Sequence record: SRR31156797_1413 | Direction: 5' to 3' (one strand) | DNA: 64,000 bases | Shown: in pieces, positions 28,628 to 38,647 of the stretch | How positions within the stretch are numbered: the stretch's first letter is position 1 | Layout: each line of letters starts with the position of its first letter | Notes under the pieces: model-generated | Seen by the model: only the letters and a program-made list of their open reading frames with translations | What the model was told of the DNA's origin: nothing | Databases searched by the model: none | Translations under genes and position numbers: made by a program

Positions 28628-29815
28628 ATGAAAAAAAGTCGCTCATTTAAGGCTTGTTTACTGGCTGGTTTGGTTAGTATGGCCGTTTCTGGGGTAGCAA
28701 GTGCTGAAAATCCAACACTTAAAATCGGGTTCGTAGGGGTGACATCCGGTCCTGCTGCTGCTTGGGGTATTTCTAATCAACGTTCTATGGAGACAAGGGC
28801 AGATTGGATCAATGAAATGGGCGGAGTCACAATTGGTGGCACAACCTATGACATCGACATTGTTGCATTTGATGACCAGAAAGATCCTAAGCGTGCAGTC
28901 GCTGGTATGGAAAAAATGGCACAGGAAGGCGTTCATTATGTTGTAGGTCCAAACGTTGATGATGGTGCCGCTGCCGTTCGTCCAGTCGCTGAGCAAAAAG
29001 GAATCATGTACTTCCCGTATGCGTTTCCAAAGTCTTTATATAAAGCACCGGCTTCTAATGCTGTGTTAGGTATGGTTGCAAACTATCAATCGGGACCAGC
29101 GATTTACCAATACTTGATGGAAAAAGAAAACATTAAGAATGTTGCTTTTGTTGCTGCAAATGAATCCGATCCGCTAAGCCAACGTGATGGCGGTGTTGAG
29201 GCTGCTAAAAAACTGGGTCTAAACGTAGTTTCGAGCAATGTGACCTATCAGGTAGATACAACAGACTTTACTCCTGTACTTCTGCCAGTTGTGAAAACAC
29301 GTCCGGATCTCTTGGTTCTTTCTGGTGTGTCTCCGGCGAATGCTCCTCAGCTAATTCGTTCTGCTCGTGAGTTAGGTTATACCGGAATTATTTCGACAGA
29401 AACCGCTCAGGACGCAGCAGTGCTTAAAGAAGGTGCTGGCGATCTAGCTAATGGATTTATTTCTGTAGGTGGTGCTTCTACGCCAGAACTTGCTTCAGAT
29501 GCCATGCGTGAATTTGTTACTCGTTACACTGAAAAATATGGTGAGTACAACGATGAATCAAATACAAAAGTTTACGCGCTTGAGTACATTTTAGAGACAT
29601 TAAAAGCAAACCCAGAAGCAATTAGCGATGTGGGTGAATTCCAGCAAACTATGGATACGTTCGAAGCGCCAAACCCTTACATGGTTGGTGATGCAAAACT
29701 GAAATACGTAGGTAGCAGTTCATTTGGTCAAAAACGTCAGTTATCTGTTCCTCTTGTCGTTAATACCTACAGCGACGGTGAGTTTAAAACACTGTTTGTC
29801 GCACAAGTGGATTAA
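28628..29815 (+). CDS. HAAT (Liv-type) ABC transporter substrate-binding protein
   Basis: Signal peptide; LKIGFVGVTSGPAAAWG, IN..GG, DDQKDP and TDFTP motifs. Confidence 0.9.
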   Translation: MKKSRSFKACLLAGLVSMAVSGVASAENPTLKIGFVGVTSGPAAAWGISNQRSMETRADWINEMGGVTIGGTTYDIDIVAFDDQKDPKRAVAGMEKMAQEGVHYVVGPNVDDGAAAVRPVAEQKGIMYFPYAFPKSLYKAPASNAVLGMVANYQSGPAIYQYLMEKENIKNVAFVAANESDPLSQRDGGVEAAKKLGLNVVSSNVTYQVDTTDFTPVLLPVVKTRPDLLVLSGVSPANAPQLIRSARELGYTGIISTETAQDAAVLKEGAGDLANGFISVGGASTPELASDAMREFVTRYTEKYGEYNDESNTKVYALEYILETLKANPEAISDVGEFQQTMDTFEAPNPYMVGDAKLKYVGSSSFGQKRQLSVPLVVNTYSDGEFKTLFVAQVD

Positions 29816-29885
29816 TCGGTTCACTAAGTCATAGAAAAAGTGGCGTTGTTTTTTGCAGCGCCACTCCATTCCAGCAGGTTAAGTT

Positions 29886-30755
29886 ATGGAACAGATTGTT
29901 GTTAATGGGTTATACCTAGGTGCGCAGTACGCACTTATTGCTCTAGGTCTGACACTCATTTTTTCACTAATGAACGTAATGAATTTCGCTCACGGACAAA
30001 TGTACGTGCTCGGTGGATTTGTTACTTATACCGTCGTTTCTCAATTCAATATCCCGTTTTTTATCGCGTTGATAATTTCAGGACTGACATTGGCAGTCGT
30101 TGGTGCTGCGATAGAAAAATTTTTGTTTCGCCCCGTTATCAAAAAATCCAAGCGAGATGAAAGCACAATGCTTTTAGCCGCAGGTATTGGCTTTTTCCTT
30201 GATTCGATCATTCTGCTGTTGTTCGGTGAGAAACAGCGTGGTGTTCCTAAAATCGTTGATGGTGTTTTTAACTGGGATTTTAAGATCATCATGCCTTATG
30301 ACCGTATTGTGATTGGGCTAATTGCGATTGCGATGATCATCGCGTTTATGATGATTATGCATTATTCAAAAGCCGGTAGAGCAATGCGAGCTTTGGCGCA
30401 AGACAAAGTGGCAGCAACGTTGATGGGCGTGGATGTCGATCGCTATCAAATGATTGGTTTTGCACTCGGTGCAATGCTAGCTGGCATAGTGGGTGGATTA
30501 CTTGTATCTATCACTGGTGTCAACTTAGGCATGGGAGGACCAACATCGACTAAAGCCTTCATCATGATCATGATTGGTGGCGCAGGCGTTATCCCCGGGG
30601 CAATTGCTGGTGGGTTTATTCTTGGCATGATGGAGAGTGTGGGGCTGTCTGTATTGTCTGAGTACGGTGATATTACCTATTTGATGATTTTTGCTTCATT
30701 AATGATATTTCTTGCAATTAGACCTCACGGTTTAATGGGTAAACCTTGGGGGTGA
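29886..30755 (+). CDS. HAAT ABC transporter permease (LivH-like)
   Basis: YALIALGLTLIF..MNVMNFAHG and GRAMRALAQD..AATLMGVD motifs. Confidence 0.92.
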   Translation: MEQIVVNGLYLGAQYALIALGLTLIFSLMNVMNFAHGQMYVLGGFVTYTVVSQFNIPFFIALIISGLTLAVVGAAIEKFLFRPVIKKSKRDESTMLLAAGIGFFLDSIILLLFGEKQRGVPKIVDGVFNWDFKIIMPYDRIVIGLIAIAMIIAFMMIMHYSKAGRAMRALAQDKVAATLMGVDVDRYQMIGFALGAMLAGIVGGLLVSITGVNLGMGGPTSTKAFIMIMIGGAGVIPGAIAGGFILGMMESVGLSVLSEYGDITYLMIFASLMIFLAIRPHGLMGKPWG

Positions 30756-30758
30756 TTC

Positions 30759-31727
30759 ATGAATAAGAAAATGCTATCTCGAGTAGCAATATTTGCTGTT
30801 GCTGTTTACATACTGGTCCCATTATTTATATCGATGACAGGGCGTTTAGACTTCTACTACACACTGACTTCTGTCGCTCTGTTATCAATCTCATCTGCCG
30901 GGGTATGGCTTACGTTTTACATCGGTCGTATTAACATTGGTCAGGGAGCTTATTCATTGGCTGGTGGCTATGCTTCTGCCATTTTAATTACTCAATATGG
31001 CTTTAGTTTCTGGTCGACTTTGCCTTTGGCGGGTTTATTCTGTGCCGTTCTGTCGATATTTATCGGTTTACCCATTTTACGTTTGCGCGGTGTTTATTTC
31101 GCGATGGTAACGTTGATTCTAACCGAAGTAATGCGCTTAACCGCACTGGCGTTGCCGATTACTCATGGCGCTAAAGGTATCACATCACTGCCTTTGCCAG
31201 GGAGTTTAGAAGTCTTTGGTTTAACACTGATCCCAGACTTCAACACGTTAGAAAACCCAAAGGTTGCTTTTTACGTTATGTCGATAACGATGATGATCAT
31301 CGTCTACGCTATCCTTTGGCGTATCGTTAACTCTCGATTAGGTCACCTTTGTCGCTCTTTGCAACAAAATGAAGAATTGGCGTCTTCAATTGGGGTTAAC
31401 ACTACTTATTTACGTGTGCTTACGTATTCAATTTCGTCTTTCTTTGGTGGTATTGCTGGTGCAAGTTTTGTCGCCATCACTCAATCCGTTTATCCGTCCT
31501 CGTTTCAGGTCGCAGACAGTATCAACTTTATGTTGAATTGTTTCCTTGGTGGCTTGGGCTATGTGTTCGGGCCTATGCTCGGCACGCTAATGTTGTACTT
31601 CGGATGGGATCTGCTGTTTTCCATTGGTCAGTATCAGATGCTGGTGTACTCAAGCCTGCTTATTATTTTGATGCTGTTCTTACCAAACGGCGTTTTGAGT
31701 CTGCTTGAACGTAAGGAGAACCGCTAA
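30759..31727 (+). CDS. HAAT ABC transporter permease (LivM-like)
   Basis: LRLRGVYFAMVTL, NEELASSIGVN and LGGLG motifs. Confidence 0.92.
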   Translation: MNKKMLSRVAIFAVAVYILVPLFISMTGRLDFYYTLTSVALLSISSAGVWLTFYIGRINIGQGAYSLAGGYASAILITQYGFSFWSTLPLAGLFCAVLSIFIGLPILRLRGVYFAMVTLILTEVMRLTALALPITHGAKGITSLPLPGSLEVFGLTLIPDFNTLENPKVAFYVMSITMMIIVYAILWRIVNSRLGHLCRSLQQNEELASSIGVNTTYLRVLTYSISSFFGGIAGASFVAITQSVYPSSFQVADSINFMLNCFLGGLGYVFGPMLGTLMLYFGWDLLFSIGQYQMLVYSSLLIILMLFLPNGVLSLLERKENR

Positions 31728-32509
31728 TGAGACCAATACTTGAAGTCCGCAATGTGACTAAGCGTTTTGGTGGCTTAACTGCTGTCAATGATGTGAGCTT
31801 TTTAGTTAAGAAAGGTGAGATTTTGTCGATTATCGGTCCAAATGGCGCGGGTAAATCGACACTGTTTAAATTGATATCATCTTTTCTTAAAACCAGCAGC
31901 GGCATGGTGTTATACCGTGGTGAGAGGATCAGTAACCTTGCACCTCACACCGTGGCCAGACGCGGGGTTGTGAGAACGTTTCAGGAAACAACCATATTTA
32001 AATCGATGACAGTGAGAGAAAATATCATCGTTGCTCACCATTTACAGTCGAAAGCGTCATTGCTCGGGTTCTTCCTTGGAACGCCTGCAGCGAAAGTGGA
32101 TGAAGCGCGTTTTGGTCAGTCTGCCGATAAAATTATTCAACTTCTGGGACTAGAGTCCATTGCTAATGAACTGGCTTCAAATTTACCTCAAGGCCATTTA
32201 AGGGTGTTAGGTATGGCGATTGGCTTAGCCACAGACCCTGCGATTATATTGCTCGATGAACCGTTTGCTGGTCTTAATCATGATGAGACGATGCGTTTAG
32301 TGACTTTGGTCAAGCGCCTAAGAGACGAACGAGGAGTAACGGTGTTACTGGTTGAACATGATATCCCAGCGGTGATGAAAATATCGAACCGAATCGTGGT
32401 ACTGAATTTTGGCCAAAAAATTGCGGAAGGTACTCCGCAAGAAATTCAAAACGACCCAAAAGTCATTGAAGCTTATTTGGGTTCTGAAGATGTTGCTGTA
32501 GGGATTTAA
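31727..32509 (+). CDS. HAAT ABC transporter ATPase (LivG-like)
   Basis: GPNGAGKST, RTFQ, LLDEPFAG, EHD and VIEAYLG motifs. Confidence 0.93.
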   Translation: MRPILEVRNVTKRFGGLTAVNDVSFLVKKGEILSIIGPNGAGKSTLFKLISSFLKTSSGMVLYRGERISNLAPHTVARRGVVRTFQETTIFKSMTVRENIIVAHHLQSKASLLGFFLGTPAAKVDEARFGQSADKIIQLLGLESIANELASNLPQGHLRVLGMAIGLATDPAIILLDEPFAGLNHDETMRLVTLVKRLRDERGVTVLLVEHDIPAVMKISNRIVVLNFGQKIAEGTPQEIQNDPKVIEAYLGSEDVAVGI

Positions 32510-32512
32510 GCT

Positions 32513-33235
32513 ATGAGTGAAATATTAAAGCTGGAAGATGTTGAACTTTACTATGACCATGTTTACGCACTTAAAGGTATTTCACTGAATGTTTCTGAAG
32601 GTGAAACGGTTGCGCTTATTGGAGCGAATGGAGCAGGTAAGTCTTCTATTTTACGTGCGATCACTGGGTTGTCGAAAATAAAGTCCGGTCAAATTCACTA
32701 CCAGGGCAGTCGTTTAGACGGTACTCCAGCCAGCCAGATAGTCGGGAAGGGAATTGCTATGGTACCGGAAGGTCGTCGCGTTTTTCCTTACATGTCGATC
32801 AAAGACAATTTGTTGATGGGGGCTTTTTCACGCAATGATAAAGCCGGTATCGCGAGAACACTAGACAGTGTTTTAGAACGCTTCCCTCGCTTGAAGGAGC
32901 GTTATTCACAACAAGCTGGTACATTGTCTGGCGGTGAGCAGCAAATGATGGTAATTGGCCGCGCATTAATGGCCGCACCAAAGCTTTTATTGCTTGATGA
33001 GCCTAGCCTGGGTATAGCACCTAAACTGGTTCAAGAAATTGCTCGCTCGATAGTGGCTATTTCTCGTGACGAAAATGTCAGTGTGGTACTAGTAGAGCAA
33101 AATAGCCGTATGGCGATGTCAATTTCTAATCGAACCTATGCGTTATCAACTGGCTCGATTGTATTAGAAGGGCAGTCAAAAGACCTTATGGACGATAAAC
33201 GAATTAAAGAAGCGTATTTAGGTGGAGATGTATAA
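32513..33235 (+). CDS. HAAT ABC transporter ATPase (LivF-like)
   Basis: GANGAGKS, VPEGRRVF, LSGGEQQM and LLDEPSLG motifs. Confidence 0.93.
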   Translation: MSEILKLEDVELYYDHVYALKGISLNVSEGETVALIGANGAGKSSILRAITGLSKIKSGQIHYQGSRLDGTPASQIVGKGIAMVPEGRRVFPYMSIKDNLLMGAFSRNDKAGIARTLDSVLERFPRLKERYSQQAGTLSGGEQQMMVIGRALMAAPKLLLLDEPSLGIAPKLVQEIARSIVAISRDENVSVVLVEQNSRMAMSISNRTYALSTGSIVLEGQSKDLMDDKRIKEAYLGGDV

Positions 33236-33237
33236 GT

Positions 33238-33936
33238 ATGCGTATATTAGTAGTAAACCCGAACACCACGAAAAGCATGACGGAAAAAGCATGCGATGCT
33301 GCAAGAAAAGTGGCCTCTGTGGGCACAGAGGTTATTGCTGTAACATCAGAAAGTGGTCCTGTATCGATTGAAGGTTATTATGATGAAGCGATGGCTGTCC
33401 CTGGGATGTTAAGAGCCATTCAAAGCCAGAAGGACTTTGACGCGGTTGTAATTGCTTGTTTTGATGATACAGGTTTGGATGCTGCTCGTTGTATTACAGA
33501 TAAACCCGTACTGGGTATCGGTGAAGCGGCATATCGCGTTGCTTCTATGTTATCCAACAAGTTCAGTGTCATCACCACTCTTGGACGCTCAGTACCGGCT
33601 TTGGAGCATAATTTGATGCGTTATGGGATGGAGCGTCAGTGTATTAAAGTCCGCTCGTCAGAAATCCCAGTGTTAGAGTTAGAAAATGAGTCTTCAGGTG
33701 CTGCTGATAAAATATCGTCTGAAATCGTTAAAGCCTTAACCGAAGATCGCGCTGAAGCGATTGTTCTCGGTTGTGCTGGCATGGTAGATCTCGCCCAACA
33801 ATTATCAGAAAAGCACTCGATACCCGTATTAGATGGGGTGACATGTGCTGTTTCACTATGTGAAAGTTTAGTTAGGTTGAACGTGAGGAATAGTCAGCAA
33901 GGTGGTTATGCTCCACCACCAGCTTCGAAAATTTAA
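33238..33936 (+). CDS. Hydantoin/allantoin racemase (Asp/Glu racemase family)
   Basis: MRILVVNPNTT..MT, IACFDDTG and IVLGCAGM two-cysteine motifs. Confidence 0.9.
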   Translation: MRILVVNPNTTKSMTEKACDAARKVASVGTEVIAVTSESGPVSIEGYYDEAMAVPGMLRAIQSQKDFDAVVIACFDDTGLDAARCITDKPVLGIGEAAYRVASMLSNKFSVITTLGRSVPALEHNLMRYGMERQCIKVRSSEIPVLELENESSGAADKISSEIVKALTEDRAEAIVLGCAGMVDLAQQLSEKHSIPVLDGVTCAVSLCESLVRLNVRNSQQGGYAPPPASKI

Positions 33937-34195
33937 ATCCTACCTCTCATCAGTATGCATGAAGCGTCTAGCCTTTATGCATACTGACAGTCTCTTGGTG
34001 ATTTTTAGCGCCACTTTTTATTATTCGTATTGAATGGCATCGCGATCACTAAAGTAATCCTGTTATTTTTCAAACTGTAACGCCCATTGCTGACGCATTA
34101 AGGTATACTTCGGATGTAAGCGATTAAAATTTCATACTTTGTCATGACCTTGTACTGTAAAGGTCATGGTATAAGAGAATAAACCGGAGGAAACC

Positions 34196-34354
34196 ATGAA
34201 TAGATTGATTGCCATTGCCGTTTTGGTTGTTCTGGCTTTTCTATTAATCCGATACGGTACTAATGCTAAGTTTCAAAAGTGGATAGTCACGTCACTTGTT
34301 TCTGCGTTTGTTATTTATGTTGGGTATGTCGTTGTGACAGAATTGATTCGCTGA
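34196..34354 (+). CDS. Small two-TM membrane protein (52 aa), absent from the ORF track
   Basis: GGAGG SD, then MNRLIAIAVLVVLAFLLIRYGTNAKFQKWIVTSLVSAFVIYVGYVVVTELIR*. Confidence 0.75.
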   Translation: MNRLIAIAVLVVLAFLLIRYGTNAKFQKWIVTSLVSAFVIYVGYVVVTELIR

Positions 34355-34360
34355 TGCTCG

Positions 34361-34396
34361 TATACCTAAATGACTTCAAGATGCAGGGTTTAGAGC
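34361..34396 (+). repeat. ERIC/IRU-like terminal half element
   Basis: TATACCTAAATGACTTCAAGATGCAGGGTTTAGAGC; 28/36 identical to the hrpA-end copy by manual alignment. Confidence 0.6.
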
Positions 34397-34475
34397 TTCA
34401 TCAACTTGTTCAGGTCAGCCTTAATAACGGTAGGAATAGTCATTCCCTTTCAACGTTGTATATTGGGAGTAGAAA

Positions 34476-35207
34476 ATGAATCAAACAGATCTAGATGATA
34501 ATGATGATGTTGTTGTCATCGAGCAGCGAGATCGACACGGTGTTATTTATATTGCGGTTGCTGCCGTTTTAGGCTTAGCGCTTGGAGGCCTTGTGGGCTC
34601 GTCACTCACAGCTTCAAAGTGGGAAAAAACTTATAATTCGTTAGAGGAACAGTTTCAGCAAAGCCAAAAGACTAAGAGTGAGCAAGCGGTGATCATTGAG
34701 CAAAACAACAATAATGCTCAGCAAGATTTCGACAAGCAACTTGAAGAGGCTTTAAGTGAGCAGCAAGCGTTACATCAACAAGCTCTAGATAAGGTGGAAC
34801 AACAGCTTTCAGAACTAGAGAAAGTGAACATGTCACTGGAATCTCAAATTGCCGAACAAAAAACACAACTTGAGCAAGCCAATCAGCAAAATGATCGTTT
34901 AAATCGCCAGTCTGACATGCAATCAACGATGCTTGAGCGTTCGCGTGAATTATTCCAACGAGAGCTTAAAATCAAGCAAGAAGTGGAAGTGCTTCAAAAA
35001 GAGCGTGATGAACTGGTACCTAAGCTTAAAACACTGAAAAAAGAGTGTGATATTTATCTGGAAGGAAAATCATGGGATGTAAGCTCTGATTCTTGTGACA
35101 AACAAGATGAGGCGAGTTCCCGAATTAGCCAAATAGACCAAATGCTTAGAGTCCACCAGCTTGATTTGGAGCAAATCAAAGCACTCTCGGAAGATATTGG
35201 TTTATAG
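34476..35207 (+). CDS. Membrane-anchored coiled-coil protein
   Basis: One TM (VIYIAVAAVLGLALGGLVG), then Q/E-rich heptads and a C-terminal Cys pair. Confidence 0.8.
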   Translation: MNQTDLDDNDDVVVIEQRDRHGVIYIAVAAVLGLALGGLVGSSLTASKWEKTYNSLEEQFQQSQKTKSEQAVIIEQNNNNAQQDFDKQLEEALSEQQALHQQALDKVEQQLSELEKVNMSLESQIAEQKTQLEQANQQNDRLNRQSDMQSTMLERSRELFQRELKIKQEVEVLQKERDELVPKLKTLKKECDIYLEGKSWDVSSDSCDKQDEASSRISQIDQMLRVHQLDLEQIKALSEDIGL

Positions 35208-35218
35208 TTGAGATATTA

Positions 35219-35246
35219 AAAAATCCAGTCAGTTGACTGGATTTTT
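35219..35246. terminator. Bidirectional terminator
   Basis: AAAAATCCAGTCA-GT-TGACTGGATTTTT. Confidence 0.75.
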
Positions 35247-35267
35247 GCTTTCTGGGTACAGCGTAAC

Positions 35268-35750
35268 TTAATCACGGAAGTTATTGTATTGGAACGGTTG
35301 ATCCAAATCAGCCGCTTTTAAGAAAGCGATAACGGTTTGTAAATCGTCACGCTTTTTACCTGTAACGCGAACTTTATCGCCTTGGATAGAAGCTTGAACT
35401 TTCAACTTCTCATCTTTAATCATCTTAACGACTTTTTTTGCAAGCGCAGTTTCAATACCTTGCTTGAACACCACGTCTTTGTACCAGTTACGGCCAGAAT
35501 GTACTGAAGCTTTAGAATCCATAGAACGTGGATCAACACCTCGTTTAGCTAAGTTGTTACGCAGAATATCCATCATCTGAGTGATTTGAAAATCATCAGG
35601 TGCTGAAAGCTTCACTGTTTCATCTTTCAGTTCGAAACTTGCGTCTACATTGCGAAAGTCAAAACGTGTTGCAAGCTCACGGTTTGAGTTGTCAACGGTA
35701 TTACGCAGTTCAACCGTATCGACTTCAGAAATAATATCGAAAGAAGGCAT
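35268..35750 (-). CDS. yajQ: YajQ family nucleotide-binding protein
   Basis: MPSFDIISE...RFDF...[17 protein letters not shown]...NFRD. Confidence 0.96.
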   Translation of the reverse strand: MPSFDIISEVDTVELRNTVDNSNRELATRFDFRNVDASFELKDETVKLSAPDDFQITQMMDILRNNLAKRGVDPRSMDSKASVHSGRNWYKDVVFKQGIETALAKKVVKMIKDEKLKVQASIQGDKVRVTGKKRDDLQTVIAFLKAADLDQPFQYNNFRD

Positions 35751-35763
35751 GTTGTCGTATTCC

Positions 35764-36828
35764 TTATTGTTGATTAGAGCGACGTACTTGAATAGCTTCC
35801 GCCAGAATTGACAGCATCGCTTTAGTATCATCCCAGCATAGGCATGGGTCAGTGATCGATTGACCATAGTGTAAGTTATTCAGGTCGGCCATCGATTGGT
35901 TGCCTTCCTCAATAAAACTTTCAGCCATGATACCTGCTATTTTATGACTACCAGACTCGATTTGCTGACAAATGTTCTTAGCGACGTCTAATTGCTTGCG
36001 ATGTTGCTTTTGACAGTTAGCATGACTGAAATCCACAACCAGTCGTTGAGGTAAGTCAAATTGAGCTAATTGTTTGCAAGCTTCATCAATAGAATCTGCA
36101 TCAAAGTTCGGGCCCGATTCACCACCACGAAGAATGATATGTCCGTAAGGGTTGCCGCTGGTGCGGTAGACCGTCATGCGTCCGTTCTTATCTGGTGAAT
36201 AGAAGTAATGTGATGCGTGCGATGCGCGAATAGCATCGATAGCTACTTTTACGTTGCCATTGGTCGCGTTTTTAAAACCCACAGGGCAGGAAAGTGCTGA
36301 TGCCATTTCACGGTGGATTTGAGATTCAGTTGTACGTGCGCCAATCGCACCCCAAGTGATTAAATCTGCGATGTATTGTCCTGTGATCATATCTAAAAAC
36401 TCGGTTGCCGTAGCCAATCCCAGTTTATTGATATCAAGTAGCAGTTTACGTGCTTTATTGAGCCCCGTTTCTAAAGCATAAGAGCCATCAAGGTTGGGAT
36501 CGGTAATCAGTCCTTTCCAACCAACAACCGTTCGTGGCTTTTCAAAATAAGTGCGCATGACGATAAACAGTTCATTACTGTATTTTTCTTGGATAGAAGC
36601 CAATCGATTTGCGTAATCGAGAGCTGCTTCCGTGTCATGAACTGAACATGGGCCTACAATAACTAACAGGCGATCATCTTCTCCTGTCAGGATGTTTTCG
36701 ATTTGACGACGAGAGTTGGAAATACGGTCAGCAACTTCATCCGTAATAGGGTGCGCTTGGCTAAGTTCTGCCGGAGTTGGCATTGGTCCCAATGCTTGGG
36801 TTCTTAATTCATCAGTTTTGGTTGGCAT
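35764..36828 (-). CDS. aroH: DAHP synthase (class I alpha), AroH-like
   Basis: [25 protein letters not shown] and GQSITDPC motifs; N-terminal TDELRT resembles AroH. Confidence 0.85.
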   Translation of the reverse strand: MPTKTDELRTQALGPMPTPAELSQAHPITDEVADRISNSRRQIENILTGEDDRLLVIVGPCSVHDTEAALDYANRLASIQEKYSNELFIVMRTYFEKPRTVVGWKGLITDPNLDGSYALETGLNKARKLLLDINKLGLATATEFLDMITGQYIADLITWGAIGARTTESQIHREMASALSCPVGFKNATNGNVKVAIDAIRASHASHYFYSPDKNGRMTVYRTSGNPYGHIILRGGESGPNFDADSIDEACKQLAQFDLPQRLVVDFSHANCQKQHRKQLDVAKNICQQIESGSHKIAGIMAESFIEEGNQSMADLNNLHYGQSITDPCLCWDDTKAMLSILAEAIQVRRSNQQ

Positions 36829-37036
36829 AGGGTTGTAGCCTGTCCTTTTATTGCGAAGGGCTAAAGATAGCGAATTTAGCTGTCATAATAAACTGTTACG
36901 AGTAATTTGAGGCCTATAAAAAGTGTAAAGTGAAATTATATTCATTTTTTACCAATAACTATCGAATATATGCTTGTTTTTCTCTGGTTGACTCGGTATT
37001 TTCGATGGTAATAACAAAACGATAATTGGAGCAGTA

Positions 37037-37924
37037 ATGAGTTTTGAAAAACAAGGAGCCATCCATCAAGAATTGGCATTTGGCAACACTCTCCCTAGTA
37101 CAGATGAACAACAAGCGAGCACCTTTCTGTTTGTGTCATTTGCGGAGCTAATTGCGGAAAGCGTGTTTTATCACCCATCGTTAACTTCTGGCGTGGAGAT
37201 GCTTTCAGAGTTAGAACAGAGCTCTTTGCAATCGTTGTTGAATGGTCAGTCTGTTGAAGAACACTTTGTTTCTATCCTAACAAGTAAAATTACTCAGGCG
37301 ATAAAAGCTGAGCATACCAGCATCAGAGTATGCCTAAGTGGCTCAGACAGCTATGCATTTAAAGCTTTGATCGGTGGCAGTATTGAGGCTGATGAAGTGA
37401 ATCCAGCGATGGGTTTACGTGGTGTTTCTCGATTTGCGTCACAAGCATACTCTTCAGCGTTTGCTATGGAATGTAAAGTGATAAAACAGCTACAACAGTT
37501 GGGTCACAACATCGAAATTGTTGTGCCATTTGTTCGTACTCTGAGCGATGCTGCAACCATTATTGATCGCTTGGCAGAGCAAGGTTTACCACGAGGTCTT
37601 AATGGCTTAAAAGTGTTGTACTCTTGTTGTGTGCCTTCTGCTGCTTTGTTGGCAGATAAGTTACTGCAATATTTCGACGGCATTGTGCTTGATTGGGACG
37701 AATTAACTCAAATGACGTTAGGGGTTGATAAGTACAATGAAGAGTTAAGCTATTTGTACAACCCAGAGAGCGAAGCGGTTAGCCATTTGGCAACGATCGC
37801 AGTTAAAGCTGCTAACTTCACTAAGAAGCCGGTTGTGGTAGTCACTAAGGATTTAGAAAGCTTCCCGAAATTGAAAGAGTATCTGAGCGAAAACATCCAA
37901 CCTCAGTCGGTGTTTAACTTCTAA
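37037..37924 (+). CDS. Stand-alone PEP-binding (PpsA C-terminal TIM barrel) domain protein, degenerate
   Basis: EVNPAMGLRGVSR, EIVVPFVRT, GLPRGLNGLK and LTQMTLGVDK align with the PpsA C-terminal domain. Confidence 0.8.
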   Translation: MSFEKQGAIHQELAFGNTLPSTDEQQASTFLFVSFAELIAESVFYHPSLTSGVEMLSELEQSSLQSLLNGQSVEEHFVSILTSKITQAIKAEHTSIRVCLSGSDSYAFKALIGGSIEADEVNPAMGLRGVSRFASQAYSSAFAMECKVIKQLQQLGHNIEIVVPFVRTLSDAATIIDRLAEQGLPRGLNGLKVLYSCCVPSAALLADKLLQYFDGIVLDWDELTQMTLGVDKYNEELSYLYNPESEAVSHLATIAVKAANFTKKPVVVVTKDLESFPKLKEYLSENIQPQSVFNF

Positions 37925-38118
37925 ACTCGGCAAATAAAACTGCCAGTTCGTCCTAATAAAGCCAGCGGAGTTTATCGCTGGCTTCTTATTTTTGTTAACA
38001 GAATGTTGACACTTTTGTCACCATCCATTTAACTGACCCAAAAGATCGGAGTTTTTACTCCAATATAACGAAGTGACTTTAAGTCGCTTGAAAATAAAAT
38101 AAAAAAAGGTCAGTACTC

Positions 38119-38601
38119 ATGCTCTCTCCACTTGCTAAAGCGAACTGGTATCTCAAATTATTTGGTTTTTTCAAAGTACCGCTAATTTGGGCCTGCCGAC
38201 CACAGATTCTCTCGTTAGATAATAAAACGACCGTTATCCGAATACCGCTAAAAAGGCGCAACAAGAACCACTTAAACAGTATGTATTTTGGTGTGTTAGC
38301 CGTAGGTGCTGATGTTGCTGGTGGCTTTATGGCTATGGATAAAGCTTCCAAACGCGGTGAAAAAGTGTCGTTAGCGTTTAAAGCAGTTAAGGGCGAGTTT
38401 CTAAAACGGCCTGAAGCAGATGTGTATTTTCGCTGTGATGATGGTGAAATAATAGACGCCATGCTTGACGAGACCATTGCCACAGGTCAACGGGTGAATA
38501 AGGATGTCAAAATTGTCGCGACATGCCCGTCATTGCATGGGGATGAGCCTATGGCCATCTTTTATCTGACGTTATCGCTTAAGCGAATTGACAAGCGATA
38601 A
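38119..38601 (+). CDS. Hot-dog fold thioesterase-like protein (DUF4442/PaaI-like)
   Basis: NKNHLNSMYFG motif; FLKRPEADV. Confidence 0.8.
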   Translation: MLSPLAKANWYLKLFGFFKVPLIWACRPQILSLDNKTTVIRIPLKRRNKNHLNSMYFGVLAVGADVAGGFMAMDKASKRGEKVSLAFKAVKGEFLKRPEADVYFRCDDGEIIDAMLDETIATGQRVNKDVKIVATCPSLHGDEPMAIFYLTLSLKRIDKR

Positions 38602-38647
38602 TTCAATCTATTAAGTCAAAGAGCGCAAGACTAATCATTGTCATCGA

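Noticed and set aside
34279-34479. 66-aa Cys-rich ORF from the ORF track
   Set aside because: Overlaps the better-supported 52-aa ORF (strong SD) in another frame and runs through the ERIC-like repeat
34476-35207. Possible chromosome-partitioning/SMC-like call for the coiled-coil protein
   Set aside because: No Walker A motif; only a TM plus coiled coil
36890-36945. Possible TrpR or TyrR operators upstream of aroH
   Set aside because: Matches to GTACTAGTTAACTAGTAC and TGTAAA-N6-TTTACA are only partial
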